DNA of 64,000 nucleotides from a virus, in IMG/VR virus record IMGVR_UViG_3300031669_000007, positions 28,631-92,630 of that record. The stretch is one strand, 5' to 3'. The translations under genes and the position numbers were made by a program. The notes under the pieces are model-generated. The model did not search any database and was not told the DNA's origin. It was given only the letters and a program-made list of their open reading frames with translations. Shown piece by piece: positions 20,991-30,407 of this stretch (the first letter of the stretch is position 1; each line of letters starts with the position of its first letter).

Positions 20991-20991
20991 A

Positions 20992-21975
20992 TTAATTCCT
21001 TTTAGCTTTACCGCCATATGTTGGAGCTAACACCTGGTTCAACGTTGGCTTGTCCTTAGGCAGTGGATCATTGACTGTTTTGTGCCATTCTTTGCCGGTT
21101 CTCGGCGTATCTAAGCTATTTTTCTTCTTTTTATTTTTTGCTTCTTCTAACTTCTCTTTCTTTAAGCGTCTGACAGCCATCTCCTTAACTGTGTATTCAT
21201 TGATCAGCTTTTTAGCTTTGTTAATTGATTCGGTCATTTCTAGTTCCTCGTTATTTGTGCTGCGATTACCGACTATGCGGTTATACAGATCTGGCCGTAC
21301 TCCGACTTTATCAGTGTGCTGTTTTGTTGCCTTAGCATAATAGTTGCCGGCCAAGTTCTTAGATATTTCATTGACTTGTGATTCTTCGGTTGGCTGCGGT
21401 TCTTGCTTAGGCCGTCTATTAGCTCTAGCTTGCATTCTTCTTTGATAGCTAGGAGCCATTTTGTAAGGAGTTTGTGGAGATGGTGGAGCAGGAATAAACG
21501 TTCCTGTCTGATTGTCGGCCATTTTCTCTAATGCCTGAACTTGTGTAGGATCGACAATTTTTTGATTTAATTCATTGACCCAACCTGCATTAGTTTTATA
21601 ATATTTTCCCTTACTTCTAGGGTCAATGATCATAAACTTTTCCCCTGGCCTTAGAGCAGGCTCCTTCTGAGGCGTCTGAGACGTCTGACCTTGAGTAGGC
21701 ATATTTGATGCTCTATTTGGGTTTGGTTTTACTTGCATCTGAGCTTGGCTTCTGGCTTGCGTAACTTCTTGGCGTTTTTGTTGAAAGTTTTTTTCTGCTT
21801 GATGACTTAAACTATGCTCTAAGTCGTGGGCGCCTAACCCCCTTGCCAGACCAGAATAGGCATTAGCGTTTCTATCAATGTGGCTACTAGCTGCGGCAGC
21901 GGCGTTAGCTGCACCCTTCTTAATAGCGTCCCATATTCCTTCGTCTAACTCACTGCTAAATTCATTGATCTTCAT
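20992..21975 (-). CDS. low-complexity tagged protein (MKINEFSSELDE), likely internal head/ejection protein
   Basis: tag; A/Q/P-rich; several xxE candidate cleavage sites. Confidence 0.55.
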   Translation of the reverse strand: MKINEFSSELDEGIWDAIKKGAANAAAAASSHIDRNANAYSGLARGLGAHDLEHSLSHQAEKNFQQKRQEVTQARSQAQMQVKPNPNRASNMPTQGQTSQTPQKEPALRPGEKFMIIDPRSKGKYYKTNAGWVNELNQKIVDPTQVQALEKMADNQTGTFIPAPPSPQTPYKMAPSYQRRMQARANRRPKQEPQPTEESQVNEISKNLAGNYYAKATKQHTDKVGVRPDLYNRIVGNRSTNNEELEMTESINKAKKLINEYTVKEMAVRRLKKEKLEEAKNKKKKNSLDTPRTGKEWHKTVNDPLPKDKPTLNQVLAPTYGGKAKRN

Positions 21976-22216
21976 TCTTGTTCACTCTCCTGACTCCCCG
22001 GGCGAACTTTGATGTGTCTTGTGCTCTGATGCTATTAAGTAATCTACGCTCTAAGTCAGCGGCTGTTTCGGGGTCATAGTTCTCCCGTATCAAATTGATT
22101 AAATTAATTGCACCCTGAATAATGTGCGTGGCGCGGCTTTCTAGTAGTTTTTCTCTATCTCGATGGACTAATAGACTATCGAGCTCATCTAAGATGCTTT
22201 TTGTTTGTTTTTTCAC
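21962..22216 (-). CDS. conserved helical hypothetical protein
   Basis: GTG start with GAGG; TAAATA upstream. Confidence 0.6.
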   Translation of the reverse strand: MKKQTKSILDELDSLLVHRDREKLLESRATHIIQGAINLINLIRENYDPETAADLERRLLNSIRAQDTSKFARGVRRVNKNEDQ

Positions 22217-22267
22217 AAGAAATGCCTCTCCCCTGGGGTTATTGTATTTATTCGGAATTGTGAATGG

Positions 22268-22504
22268 TTACTTTTTAATCGACGAAGCAATGACCTTAAG
22301 GTCATTGAATTCTTCTTCAGAATACTCTTTTCCGTATAGATACCAACGCTGCCAGATCGGAAAGCATAATTCTTTGGCATATATAACTGCAGGACCATCT
22401 TCCCTATGAAAGATATTATTAAGCATATAGAATTTACTACCATTTGAATCAATGATAATCTTAGTCTTTAAGACATTGATAAGTTGATCGTCTGTCAGTT
22501 CCAT
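22268..22504 (-). CDS. HREDGPA-repeat protein
   Basis: FHREDGPAVI..WYLYGKEYSEEEF. Confidence 0.65.
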   Translation of the reverse strand: MELTDDQLINVLKTKIIIDSNGSKFYMLNNIFHREDGPAVIYAKELCFPIWQRWYLYGKEYSEEEFNDLKVIASSIKK

Positions 22505-22505
22505 A

Positions 22506-23939
22506 TTATTTCTTAGCTCCTAATCCTGATATCATTGATTTAAGTCTGGCGGCATTAATTTCTCCTGCTCCCTTACCTGTAATCTCTGCCTCAGTCTGAC
22601 TTACTGCGGTTGTGGTTGTTGATTTTGGCTTAATCTTACTCAGGATACTATTTGCTACTGATGGTGGTATTCCCGAATCTTCCTCGCCAGTTCCGGCATC
22701 TACAATACGCAAGCTGTCTACATTAAAGTCTAATTCCACCTTGGTGCCGATACCAGAGCTTGAACGAGTTTTCAACAGTTGAAGTTGATACTTGCCGCGC
22801 TCTCGCATTGCGCGGGACGTAAAGATACCAAACACGTTATCTGCTGTGTTGATCTTGCTAATACCGCCTGAAATGTGACTGTGGTCAAATTCAACTTCAT
22901 CTACTGCTGATCTATTTAACTGTGATGCTGTAATGAATAAAATATTTAATTCCCTAGCCAAGTTACGCAATTCTTCTGAAACATACTTATCCTTGACGAA
23001 TAAGTCGTTCGGGCTAACCTTGGCTGATACTGGCATCAGCAGATCCAAATAATCCACCATTAAGAAATCTACCTTCTTTCCAGTCTGAATCTGAAACTCT
23101 CTAATATAAGCACGAATATCGTTTACGTTAGATTGCGCTGGCATATATTTAATTTGAAATGCTCCAGACTTCTTAGCTGCCATTCGAACCTTAAGTTCTA
23201 CGTCGTCTAGGTTCTTAAATAGCTCACGTGTGCTTACGTTTGCAATCATTGAATCGATACGCATTGAACATAGGCCCTCGCTTAATTCTAATGTTAAATA
23301 GATACCATTTAATCCCGCCGTAATCCAGTTTACGGATATATTTTGCATGAATAATGATTTACCTGAGCCAGATCCTCCCGCAAAGATGTTTAGCTCGCCT
23401 CTATTCATACCGCCAAATAATGCTTTATCCAATGCTGGCCAACCTGTGCTAAATTGCCCGTTGCCTGACTTAATTGCCATAAGCCGCGCTCTTGGGTCTG
23501 CAAAGTAATCAGTTCCAATATCCTTAACAAGTCCAATTTGAACTGCATCTTTAATTAACTTCTCAATTGGTGCGCGATTGCCTTTCTCTAAGTAGTCTGC
23601 TGCCTTTAATATGGCGCGTTCTAATGCTTTACTCTGACTAAATCCCTCAAACTCTTCTAAGAACCAATCAGTGTGTTCTTCTGTCAGATCCTTTGTCGGT
23701 TTAAGCGTTGTGCCAACCGACGCGTTAATTTGCTCGATTGTTGGCATTGCTTTATATTTCTCTGTGTGCTCTTTAATGAATGTTGCCGCTGGCTGCAATG
23801 AACGAGCAAAGTTCTTTGAATCAAATATATTCTGCACCCTGACATATGATTCGGGGTGGTCTAACATTATTTCTAAGAATAGTTTCTGTAGGTCGTCGGT
23901 ATATTCTTTTGCTTGTGTTTTTTCTTCTTTATTATACAT
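22506..23939 (-). CDS. replicative DnaB-like helicase (T4 gp41-like)
   Basis: GGSGSGKS Walker A, LELSE, VDYLDL, TASQLNR, KTR. Confidence 0.95.
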   Translation of the reverse strand: MYNKEEKTQAKEYTDDLQKLFLEIMLDHPESYVRVQNIFDSKNFARSLQPAATFIKEHTEKYKAMPTIEQINASVGTTLKPTKDLTEEHTDWFLEEFEGFSQSKALERAILKAADYLEKGNRAPIEKLIKDAVQIGLVKDIGTDYFADPRARLMAIKSGNGQFSTGWPALDKALFGGMNRGELNIFAGGSGSGKSLFMQNISVNWITAGLNGIYLTLELSEGLCSMRIDSMIANVSTRELFKNLDDVELKVRMAAKKSGAFQIKYMPAQSNVNDIRAYIREFQIQTGKKVDFLMVDYLDLLMPVSAKVSPNDLFVKDKYVSEELRNLARELNILFITASQLNRSAVDEVEFDHSHISGGISKINTADNVFGIFTSRAMRERGKYQLQLLKTRSSSGIGTKVELDFNVDSLRIVDAGTGEEDSGIPPSVANSILSKIKPKSTTTTAVSQTEAEITGKGAGEINAARLKSMISGLGAKK

Positions 23940-25011
23940 ACTTCTTCCTCAATAATTTTATCTTTAGTGGATTAGATTCTATAGAATCTAATATAGTTTT
24001 AAGCACGAATAATTTTCCATATTTTTGAACTGCTTGGTTAATATCTACGCACGTCTCTGCCCATATTGGGAAACTAACTGACCAGGAATTGGCCAGTGCC
24101 ACATCTATAAGATTTCCGCCAGTCTTGTTCCAATCCGGAACCACAATAATTTCTCTATCTAATCCTTCTATAATATCAATTTGAGTTTTGGTTATGTCTG
24201 ATTTAAGAACAGCGACCGCATCAATACTTATCGCATCAAATACACCCTCGCAAACAATTACAACCTTCCAGTCTTTTTTCTGTTTATCAATATTAAATAC
24301 ATAACCAGTGTCGATATGCTGAATATACTTAGGCGTAATGTCATCATTTAATGCTCTGGCGGTAAATCCTATTATTTCATTTTTCCAAGTAAATGGTATA
24401 ATCACCCGTTTATTCATTTTATTTTTCGTATCTGTTGACCAATAGAAATCATATTTTTGCATGTCTATCTTACGGTCATATACATATTCAACCGAATCTA
24501 TTAATCCTCGAGGAAGTGGTTTAAAGTGTTCAGGCGTGGGTTGATGCTCGTCTATTCCTTCATTTGCTAAGATAAAGAAATCCATCATACCCATGAAAGA
24601 TAGTGCCTCGTCTGGTAAAGGTTCTTTCTTAAAGTCTACCTTTACTTCTTCTTTCTTGTGTTCAATCTTTACCAAGCCGAGAAGTTCTTGTCTTTGCTGT
24701 TCACGCTTTGCTTCAATGTTTAGCCGCTGTATCTCTGCTTCGTCTACGTTGAGCCATCTTAGCAACTTACGGAATTTGTAGTATAGCGGATAGCCTGGAG
24801 TATAACTGGCTCTGAAGTTGCAGTTGAAGCAAGAATACGACACTGTTCCATCAGCATTTGCAATCATTCCTCCACGACCACGCGTATCTGCACTTTCGCC
24901 ATTGTGCGGGCAGCAGACGGCATTACCTGAGATCCATCCCTTAGCATCGCGCCTTGTCTTCCTGCCGCTTGTCCATGCGCTTACTGCCGTCGATTGTATA
25001 GGGTTAGTCAT
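23932..25011 (-). CDS. DNA primase (Zn finger plus Toprim; gp61-like)
   Basis: CCPH..CFNC; IIPF..IIGFTAR; CEGVFDA; VPD; DIN. Confidence 0.9.
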   Translation of the reverse strand: MTNPIQSTAVSAWTSGRKTRRDAKGWISGNAVCCPHNGESADTRGRGGMIANADGTVSYSCFNCNFRASYTPGYPLYYKFRKLLRWLNVDEAEIQRLNIEAKREQQRQELLGLVKIEHKKEEVKVDFKKEPLPDEALSFMGMMDFFILANEGIDEHQPTPEHFKPLPRGLIDSVEYVYDRKIDMQKYDFYWSTDTKNKMNKRVIIPFTWKNEIIGFTARALNDDITPKYIQHIDTGYVFNIDKQKKDWKVVIVCEGVFDAISIDAVAVLKSDITKTQIDIIEGLDREIIVVPDWNKTGGNLIDVALANSWSVSFPIWAETCVDINQAVQKYGKLFVLKTILDSIESNPLKIKLLRKKYV

Positions 25012-25076
25012 AATATATTATATAGAATCGTGCTTACAAGAAGCAAGTAATTCGAAGTATTCAGCACTAAAACCGG

Positions 25077-25105
25077 TTGACATTCTAACCGAAAGAGTGT
25101 ATAAT
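25077..25105 (+). promoter_or_regulatory. sigma70-type early promoter
   Basis: TTGACA-N17-TATAAT, perfect consensus. Confidence 0.85.
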
Positions 25106-25111
25106 AGTCTT

Positions 25112-25372
25112 ATGATACATGTCAAAACACTAGTCGAGGATTTCCCGCATCTCGTGCATAAAGCACGGAAAATCTGGTGCATCGAAACCTTTGGGAAACC
25201 ATTTGGCGGTAAGCCTGCACCCGGAAAGAATTCTGAAACTAAGTGGGTAGACTGTCGCTGGTCACAGTATAATACATATTTTCGGTTTAAGTATGAAGAA
25301 GATGCAATGATATTCATACTTAGGTGGGGCGGAGAAGTTAAGAATAAAGTTAAATGGAAAGTAAAAGAATGA
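25112..25372 (+). CDS. FxLRW-family small protein, leaderless start
   Basis: ATG 6 nt after the -10 box; FRFKYEEDAMIFILRWG. Confidence 0.7.
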   Translation: MIHVKTLVEDFPHLVHKARKIWCIETFGKPFGGKPAPGKNSETKWVDCRWSQYNTYFRFKYEEDAMIFILRWGGEVKNKVKWKVKE

Positions 25373-25782
25373 AAAACACATGGGATAACTTGCCAAACGG
25401 AAAAGCCATTGATCGAGTCTTAGTCGATGTCTTTAAGAATCCACAAATTTGGGAAGAAATGTATAACGAAATGTATAATATTCCTGTAGTGTCAGACCAA
25501 AGAAATAGTAATTGTTGGAATGCAGTGTGGATCAGATCCAGAGAAAAGTTAAAAACTATGGATCGTTATGATCTGTGGTTAGACATTTCAGAAAGAATAG
25601 TCACACCGGAAAATGAAATGTCATGGGAAGGTGCAAAGATTTGTGCTAGAAGCACGATTTTAGGGTTGCTTAGTAACGACGAGTGCGGAAATCTTCTAGA
25701 CAGTGATCCTGAACATATCAAGTTACTAACGATTCTTGGTGACGATTCAATAATGATGATATGCCCGGCTGTATGTCGTTAA
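25354..25782 (+). CDS. hypothetical protein
   Basis: ORF coupled to the previous gene. Confidence 0.55.
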   Translation: MESKRMKNTWDNLPNGKAIDRVLVDVFKNPQIWEEMYNEMYNIPVVSDQRNSNCWNAVWIRSREKLKTMDRYDLWLDISERIVTPENEMSWEGAKICARSTILGLLSNDECGNLLDSDPEHIKLLTILGDDSIMMICPAVCR

Positions 25783-25794
25783 ATCCTAATCGAG

Positions 25795-26661
25795 TTAAAC
25801 ACGGTATAAAATCTGAGTCACATGTGACGGATTAACGTTTCCGCTTGTTGGCGCAACAACAAACCTAACCGCAGTATAAACACCATCAAAATTGCAATAT
25901 GATGTGGCCGTTTGTGCTGTATAATTTAAGATAGATGTGTTTCCTGACAACGGCATGACATTTGCAGTTGATGTCAATTCAACGACTCCCCAACTTACCT
26001 GTGGGCTCCCCGCTCCAACCAAAGCCAATGAATCAAGCGTTCCCTCTACAGTAATATTTCCGGTAAAGCCAACTGTATCAAAATTGATCTGCGCTGTGTG
26101 ATGTGCCGACTGTTGTAGTGAATTAATATCTGCACTAATTGCAGCAGATGTAATCGTAGTATTGTTATTGCTTGGCAAATCTACAACTATGCTAGGCAAT
26201 AGCGTTGGATATGGACCATCTCGTAGTAGTATTTCTCCACGAGATTCATAGTTTTCGTCGGTGTAGACCACCTCTGTTATTCCTGTTACTGGGTCAGATA
26301 CCGTTAATGCATAGTTATAGTAGGGTTGTGATAAGTCAATGAGATCAAAAGCAGTTAATCGAACAGAGATAATTCCTTTGACTGCATCAACGATTGTAAT
26401 TCCGCCGTTTGTGTTACTATTCTTAGTTACTACAACTGCACTCTCAGAATCTGATATCATATTAAATGTAATGACCCAACCAGTGATATTAACTGCTTTC
26501 TGATCTGAGTTTTTCCATACAAACTGTATGATGTTGTCAACGCCTTTATAAATCTTTACTTGTCTTTGATACATGGTTTTCCACCTCGCGGTAATAGTTG
26601 GGTCAAGGTTGCATTGAACCGTGACGGAGTTTGGATAAAAATAAGTGTTCATTCTTTGCAA
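25795..26661 (-). CDS. virion structural protein (BppU-like/Ig-like baseplate-type)
   Basis: IYKGVDNIIQF..NSDQKAVNITG; beta-rich; TTG start with GAGG. Confidence 0.6.
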   Translation of the reverse strand: MQRMNTYFYPNSVTVQCNLDPTITARWKTMYQRQVKIYKGVDNIIQFVWKNSDQKAVNITGWVITFNMISDSESAVVVTKNSNTNGGITIVDAVKGIISVRLTAFDLIDLSQPYYNYALTVSDPVTGITEVVYTDENYESRGEILLRDGPYPTLLPSIVVDLPSNNNTTITSAAISADINSLQQSAHHTAQINFDTVGFTGNITVEGTLDSLALVGAGSPQVSWGVVELTSTANVMPLSGNTSILNYTAQTATSYCNFDGVYTAVRFVVAPTSGNVNPSHVTQILYRV

Positions 26662-26663
26662 AA

Positions 26664-27128
26664 TTACCTCTTTTCAGAATCTGGCATATCGAGCCAAGTT
26701 CTATTTCCTTTTGATATATTTATCTTACCCTCTAATATCTGTAAATTGGATAGACAATGGAAACCCTGAACAATTTTTGAGTTAAGTGGAACGATATGAT
26801 CTACATGATAATCTATATTGGTAATTATAGATTTTGTGTGTGCAACAATATATAATTCGGTTATACATAATTTCTCTAACCAATTATCTGACCATGCAGG
26901 TGTGGCCTTTATTTTCTTGGCTCTTCGTTTAGCATTTATCTCTTTGACTTTTTCTGGGTTAGCAGTGCGCCATTTCTTATTGTATTCTGCATTCTTTTCT
27001 GGATTGGCATCTCTCCATTTTTTGATCTGTTCTGTTCCAGATTCTCTAAACTTTTTTTGATATTGCCTAACTTTATCCGCATTTTCTTTACGCCATATCA
27101 GGCGGTGATTTTCTTTTTTAGTGTCCAT
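26664..27128 (-). mobile_element. HNH homing endonuclease (paralog of 14532 and 57823)
   Basis: KATPAW..YHVDHIVPLNSKIVQGFHCLSNLQIL. Confidence 0.88.
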
Positions 27129-27184
27129 TATGTATTTATGCAAGTTTTTCTTCCGCACCTGATTCCGAATTGCTAAATATTCGT

Positions 27185-27562
27185 ATGGAAGAAAACGATA
27201 TTAAACGTATTATGGCAGACAAGCCTTACCTGTCACTATTGACGTATGGCGGCAATGATTATTTGGGTATTATTCAGAACATCGACGACACCATTACCAC
27301 AATCTATGATTTTGGTTCTCTCAAAACAGAAGATCAGAAGATTGTATTCTTAGAGTTGGCTGAGATATGGTGGATGGAGAGTAATCGACTTGTCCCAATC
27401 AATGTATTCTTGCGCGTAGAATGGGCAATCTTCCGTCCTACACTAAAGACACTAAACTCTAAGGATGTTGATGTTAAGCTAGGTCCTCATCTAAGTCTTA
27501 AAGAGATGGCTGCTAAGAAATCAAAACGTAGATCAATTACTCTTGTTCGTCGTATGCAGTAA
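27185..27562 (+). CDS. conserved jumbo-phage protein
   Basis: YLGIIQNID..IYD..WWMESNRLVPINVFL; TAAATA 5 nt upstream. Confidence 0.65.
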   Translation: MEENDIKRIMADKPYLSLLTYGGNDYLGIIQNIDDTITTIYDFGSLKTEDQKIVFLELAEIWWMESNRLVPINVFLRVEWAIFRPTLKTLNSKDVDVKLGPHLSLKEMAAKKSKRRSITLVRRMQ

Positions 27563-29542
27563 ACGGCGATCCATACTTAATAACTGCCAATGGATAGGTT
27601 TCATCAGTAAACTCTAATGAGTCGAGAGACTTATTAAACTTCCCTTTCCCCAAGTTTGCTTTACAATTCCATTCGTTTTCTAACCAGCTTAGCCAGTCAG
27701 GTATATCACCGTCGTATTGAGCACGGTGTTGATCATTTATGATTTTCTTCCAATTATACGGATATGGATTAGGACCGCTAAACGATATTTTCATAATGCA
27801 GGTGGTCCATACTTAAGAACTGCTAAGAGATAGTTATCATCCTCAAAGATTAGTGCAGCTATGCATTTATCATCACCAAATTTCCCCATCTCTACTTTAC
27901 ATTTCCATTCGTTTTCTAACCAGTTTATCCACTCAACTAAATTACCGTAATACATTATGCTGTGTTGATCTGAGATAACCATAGCCCAGTTAGTTGTCTT
28001 TTCATAATTATCTTTAAACGATATTTTCATTGTTTGCATACCTCAATAATAAAAGTGTGTAATGTTCATCATCTACTTCTATCCTCGTAATTTTTTCATC
28101 TCTGATAGTGATTACAATTCCTAGCGTATTATATGCCCACTCTATAAATATTCTCTCGCCTACAGATGACTCAAGGTCTTCTTTTGGTAGAGAATTTCCA
28201 ATGGATTCCATAAAGTCATCCCATACACCAGCTATAGGCGGCCTGTCAGGAACATTGTCTAATGTATCAATAGAAAAGAGTATCATGCGGCATACTGTAA
28301 TAAAAACATTGTTAATTCTTCATCATCTACTGTTACGGCATAGATAGCGTTTTCTTCTTTATCTTTGCCAATCTTTCTTCTTTTATAGATGACCTTGCTT
28401 GATGGTATTCTTTCAGTCAATGACTGAACATATTCTTCTGTTGTTACGTCTGTTCCATCGTCGAATACTTCTCTAAAATACCTGGCCGCTGCTCTCTTAA
28501 AGGACTCGGCGTTGTGGTCGAGATATTTTCCATCTACAGCTTCAAAACTAATTGTTATCATGGCGGAAACCTTATTAAGAGCATAGTATAGGCAGAGTCC
28601 TCTACATCTATTCCGGCAATATGCCCAGGAAAAAGTCCGCCCGGATCGTTAAGAACTGTTATCTGCCAGGTATCTTTAAGCCAGGCACGAAACTCTTCGT
28701 ATTCATTGGCATGACCAATTCCCTTCCACGGGGATTCTTCTCTAAGTGCTCGAAGTATCTTAGCCCAATGAATAGGCGAAGTGCCTCTAATTGGAAAATA
28801 TCCGGCATAATCAACGATGCGATCAGTGAAAGATACTATCATTCTCCGAACCTCAACATAAAAAACATTGCGTCCTTCTCCTCTTTGAAAGCATAAATGT
28901 GATACTTTAAGAAAACTACCGTCCAATCTTCGTTTTTCTTCCCCATACAAGTATTAAGCCAAGCTAAACGATTACAGTAGTCTTGATAGGTATGCTTCTT
29001 ATTAGCTCTAATAATATAGGGAAACCTGGCGTTATAGGGTAATTTTTCAATCATATCCGTATTTTAAGAGTAGCATGGTAAAAACTTCGTCGGGCAAATC
29101 AATATATTCAAGGTGTCTAACCATTGTATATTTTTCGGAAAACATAGCATCTATGCCGTGTTCTCCTCTGACATAATTGTAGAAATCATCATCAAAGAAG
29201 CCAAACCCGGCATCATTTCTTAAATTAATCAAGATCTCTGACATCTTCCGACGAAGAGCATACTCTTTTTCACCGGGTGCAGGAAGGTGGTTATTGTATA
29301 TTATTCTCATTCAAATATTTAAGTAACAAAAATGTATATTCTTCATCATTGACCTCTAATCCTATAATGTTCGAATTGATATCATCATTTTTAAATGTTA
29401 AATTGATTGTCCATTTTTTGTTAAGCATTGATATAAAGCCCTCTTTATCAATTTGATCGCTTTTACTGGTCACTTTATACTCTTCCGCAAGTCCGCGCAA
29501 TACAGCAAAACAGGGGTGACGGTTAGTTGGTTTTATTTTCAT
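27537..29542 (-). repeat. tandem array A1: 8 small FxL(R/K)(W/Y)-tail genes (27537-27794, 27791-28030, 28014-28286, 28283-28561, 28558-28842, 28839-29054, 29047-29310, 29291-29542)
   Basis: C-termini FTDETYPLAVIKY, FEDDNYLLAVLKY, VDDEHYTLLLLRY, VDDEELTMFLLQY, VEDSAYTMLLIRF, FKEEKDAMFFMLRF, LPDEVFTMLLLKY, VNDEEYTFLLLKY; all overlapping/coupled. Confidence 0.85.
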
Positions 29543-30155
29543 TCTTAAATTCCCACAACGAGTTTTTCTCTTGTTCTGCTATTAAATTCATATGGACCAC
29601 AACAAGGTGAGCATATCCAACAGCATGTGCTTTCTTGAAGGTGTATCCATCGTCTGTTTTATCCCATATTGTTTTTGCAATCTCTGCCCAACTCTTTCCT
29701 TGCAAGTGTTTCTTTCCTGGACGGATCAATGCTAGGAACATAGCCATGCGTGGTATTGAATTGATTGGTTCCGGCAGCTTGCTTATCGTTTCGTGATAAT
29801 TGCCAATGTGTATTAACTGCTCGCAAAAGTCTTTCTCAAGCAATCGTGTCCACGGCGGATCAGTAAGCATCAGTTTCAACAAGTGTGCCTCTGATTGAAC
29901 TTTTTCATATACTGATACATTGAGTAGGTCTACTTTAAAATACCCGCGTTCTTCCGCTGCCTTATAGTCAATTGTTGCCAAGTTATTTACATCGTGCGGT
30001 ATGTCTGTAAAATATACACCGGTCGCATGTTTACTAAGAGCTGCATCTGTTCTTATCATGCTCGCGTTGATATGCTTGAGATGAGCCAAAGCAGCATCTC
30101 TGCTGCCAAAGTCTATGTCGATGTCACCTTTAAATTTTTTAATTTCTTCGCTCAT
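29523..30155 (-). CDS. minimal DNA polymerase III alpha (C-family) catalytic core
   Basis: DIDIDF, KHATGVYF, YFKVDLLN, LALIRPG, FKKAHAVGYA. Confidence 0.88.
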   Translation of the reverse strand: MSEEIKKFKGDIDIDFGSRDAALAHLKHINASMIRTDAALSKHATGVYFTDIPHDVNNLATIDYKAAEERGYFKVDLLNVSVYEKVQSEAHLLKLMLTDPPWTRLLEKDFCEQLIHIGNYHETISKLPEPINSIPRMAMFLALIRPGKKHLQGKSWAEIAKTIWDKTDDGYTFKKAHAVGYAHLVVVHMNLIAEQEKNSLWEFKNENKTN

Positions 30156-30407
30156 GCTGTAATAAACTCCAACGGACGTGGTTCTATTCTTATTTCTACG
30201 GGAAACCTCGGTAAACTCTCGTCTAACTCTTCGTCACAGTATATACCGTCAGCTACAATGTTATCACCTAAGAAATAAACAAACTTCTCTATCGACGGCC
30301 GCGATGCTCCTGAGTCAAATATAATAAAGTATATACGGGTCAGGATTCTTCATCGCTGCTAAAATCTGCTTTGAAAATCTTGCCGTTACGTTGGTTACTC
30401 CATTCAT
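30152..30407 (-). pseudogene. hypothetical gene with a 1-nt frameshift near 30326 (probable assembly error)
   Basis: ATGA overlaps at both ends; 256 nt; removing one T from CTTTAT gives an 84-aa ORF. Confidence 0.65.

Noticed and set aside
24818-25111. N-terminal extension of the 24818..25372 ORF
   Set aside because: Overlaps primase antisense and spans a perfect promoter; the true start is likely 25112
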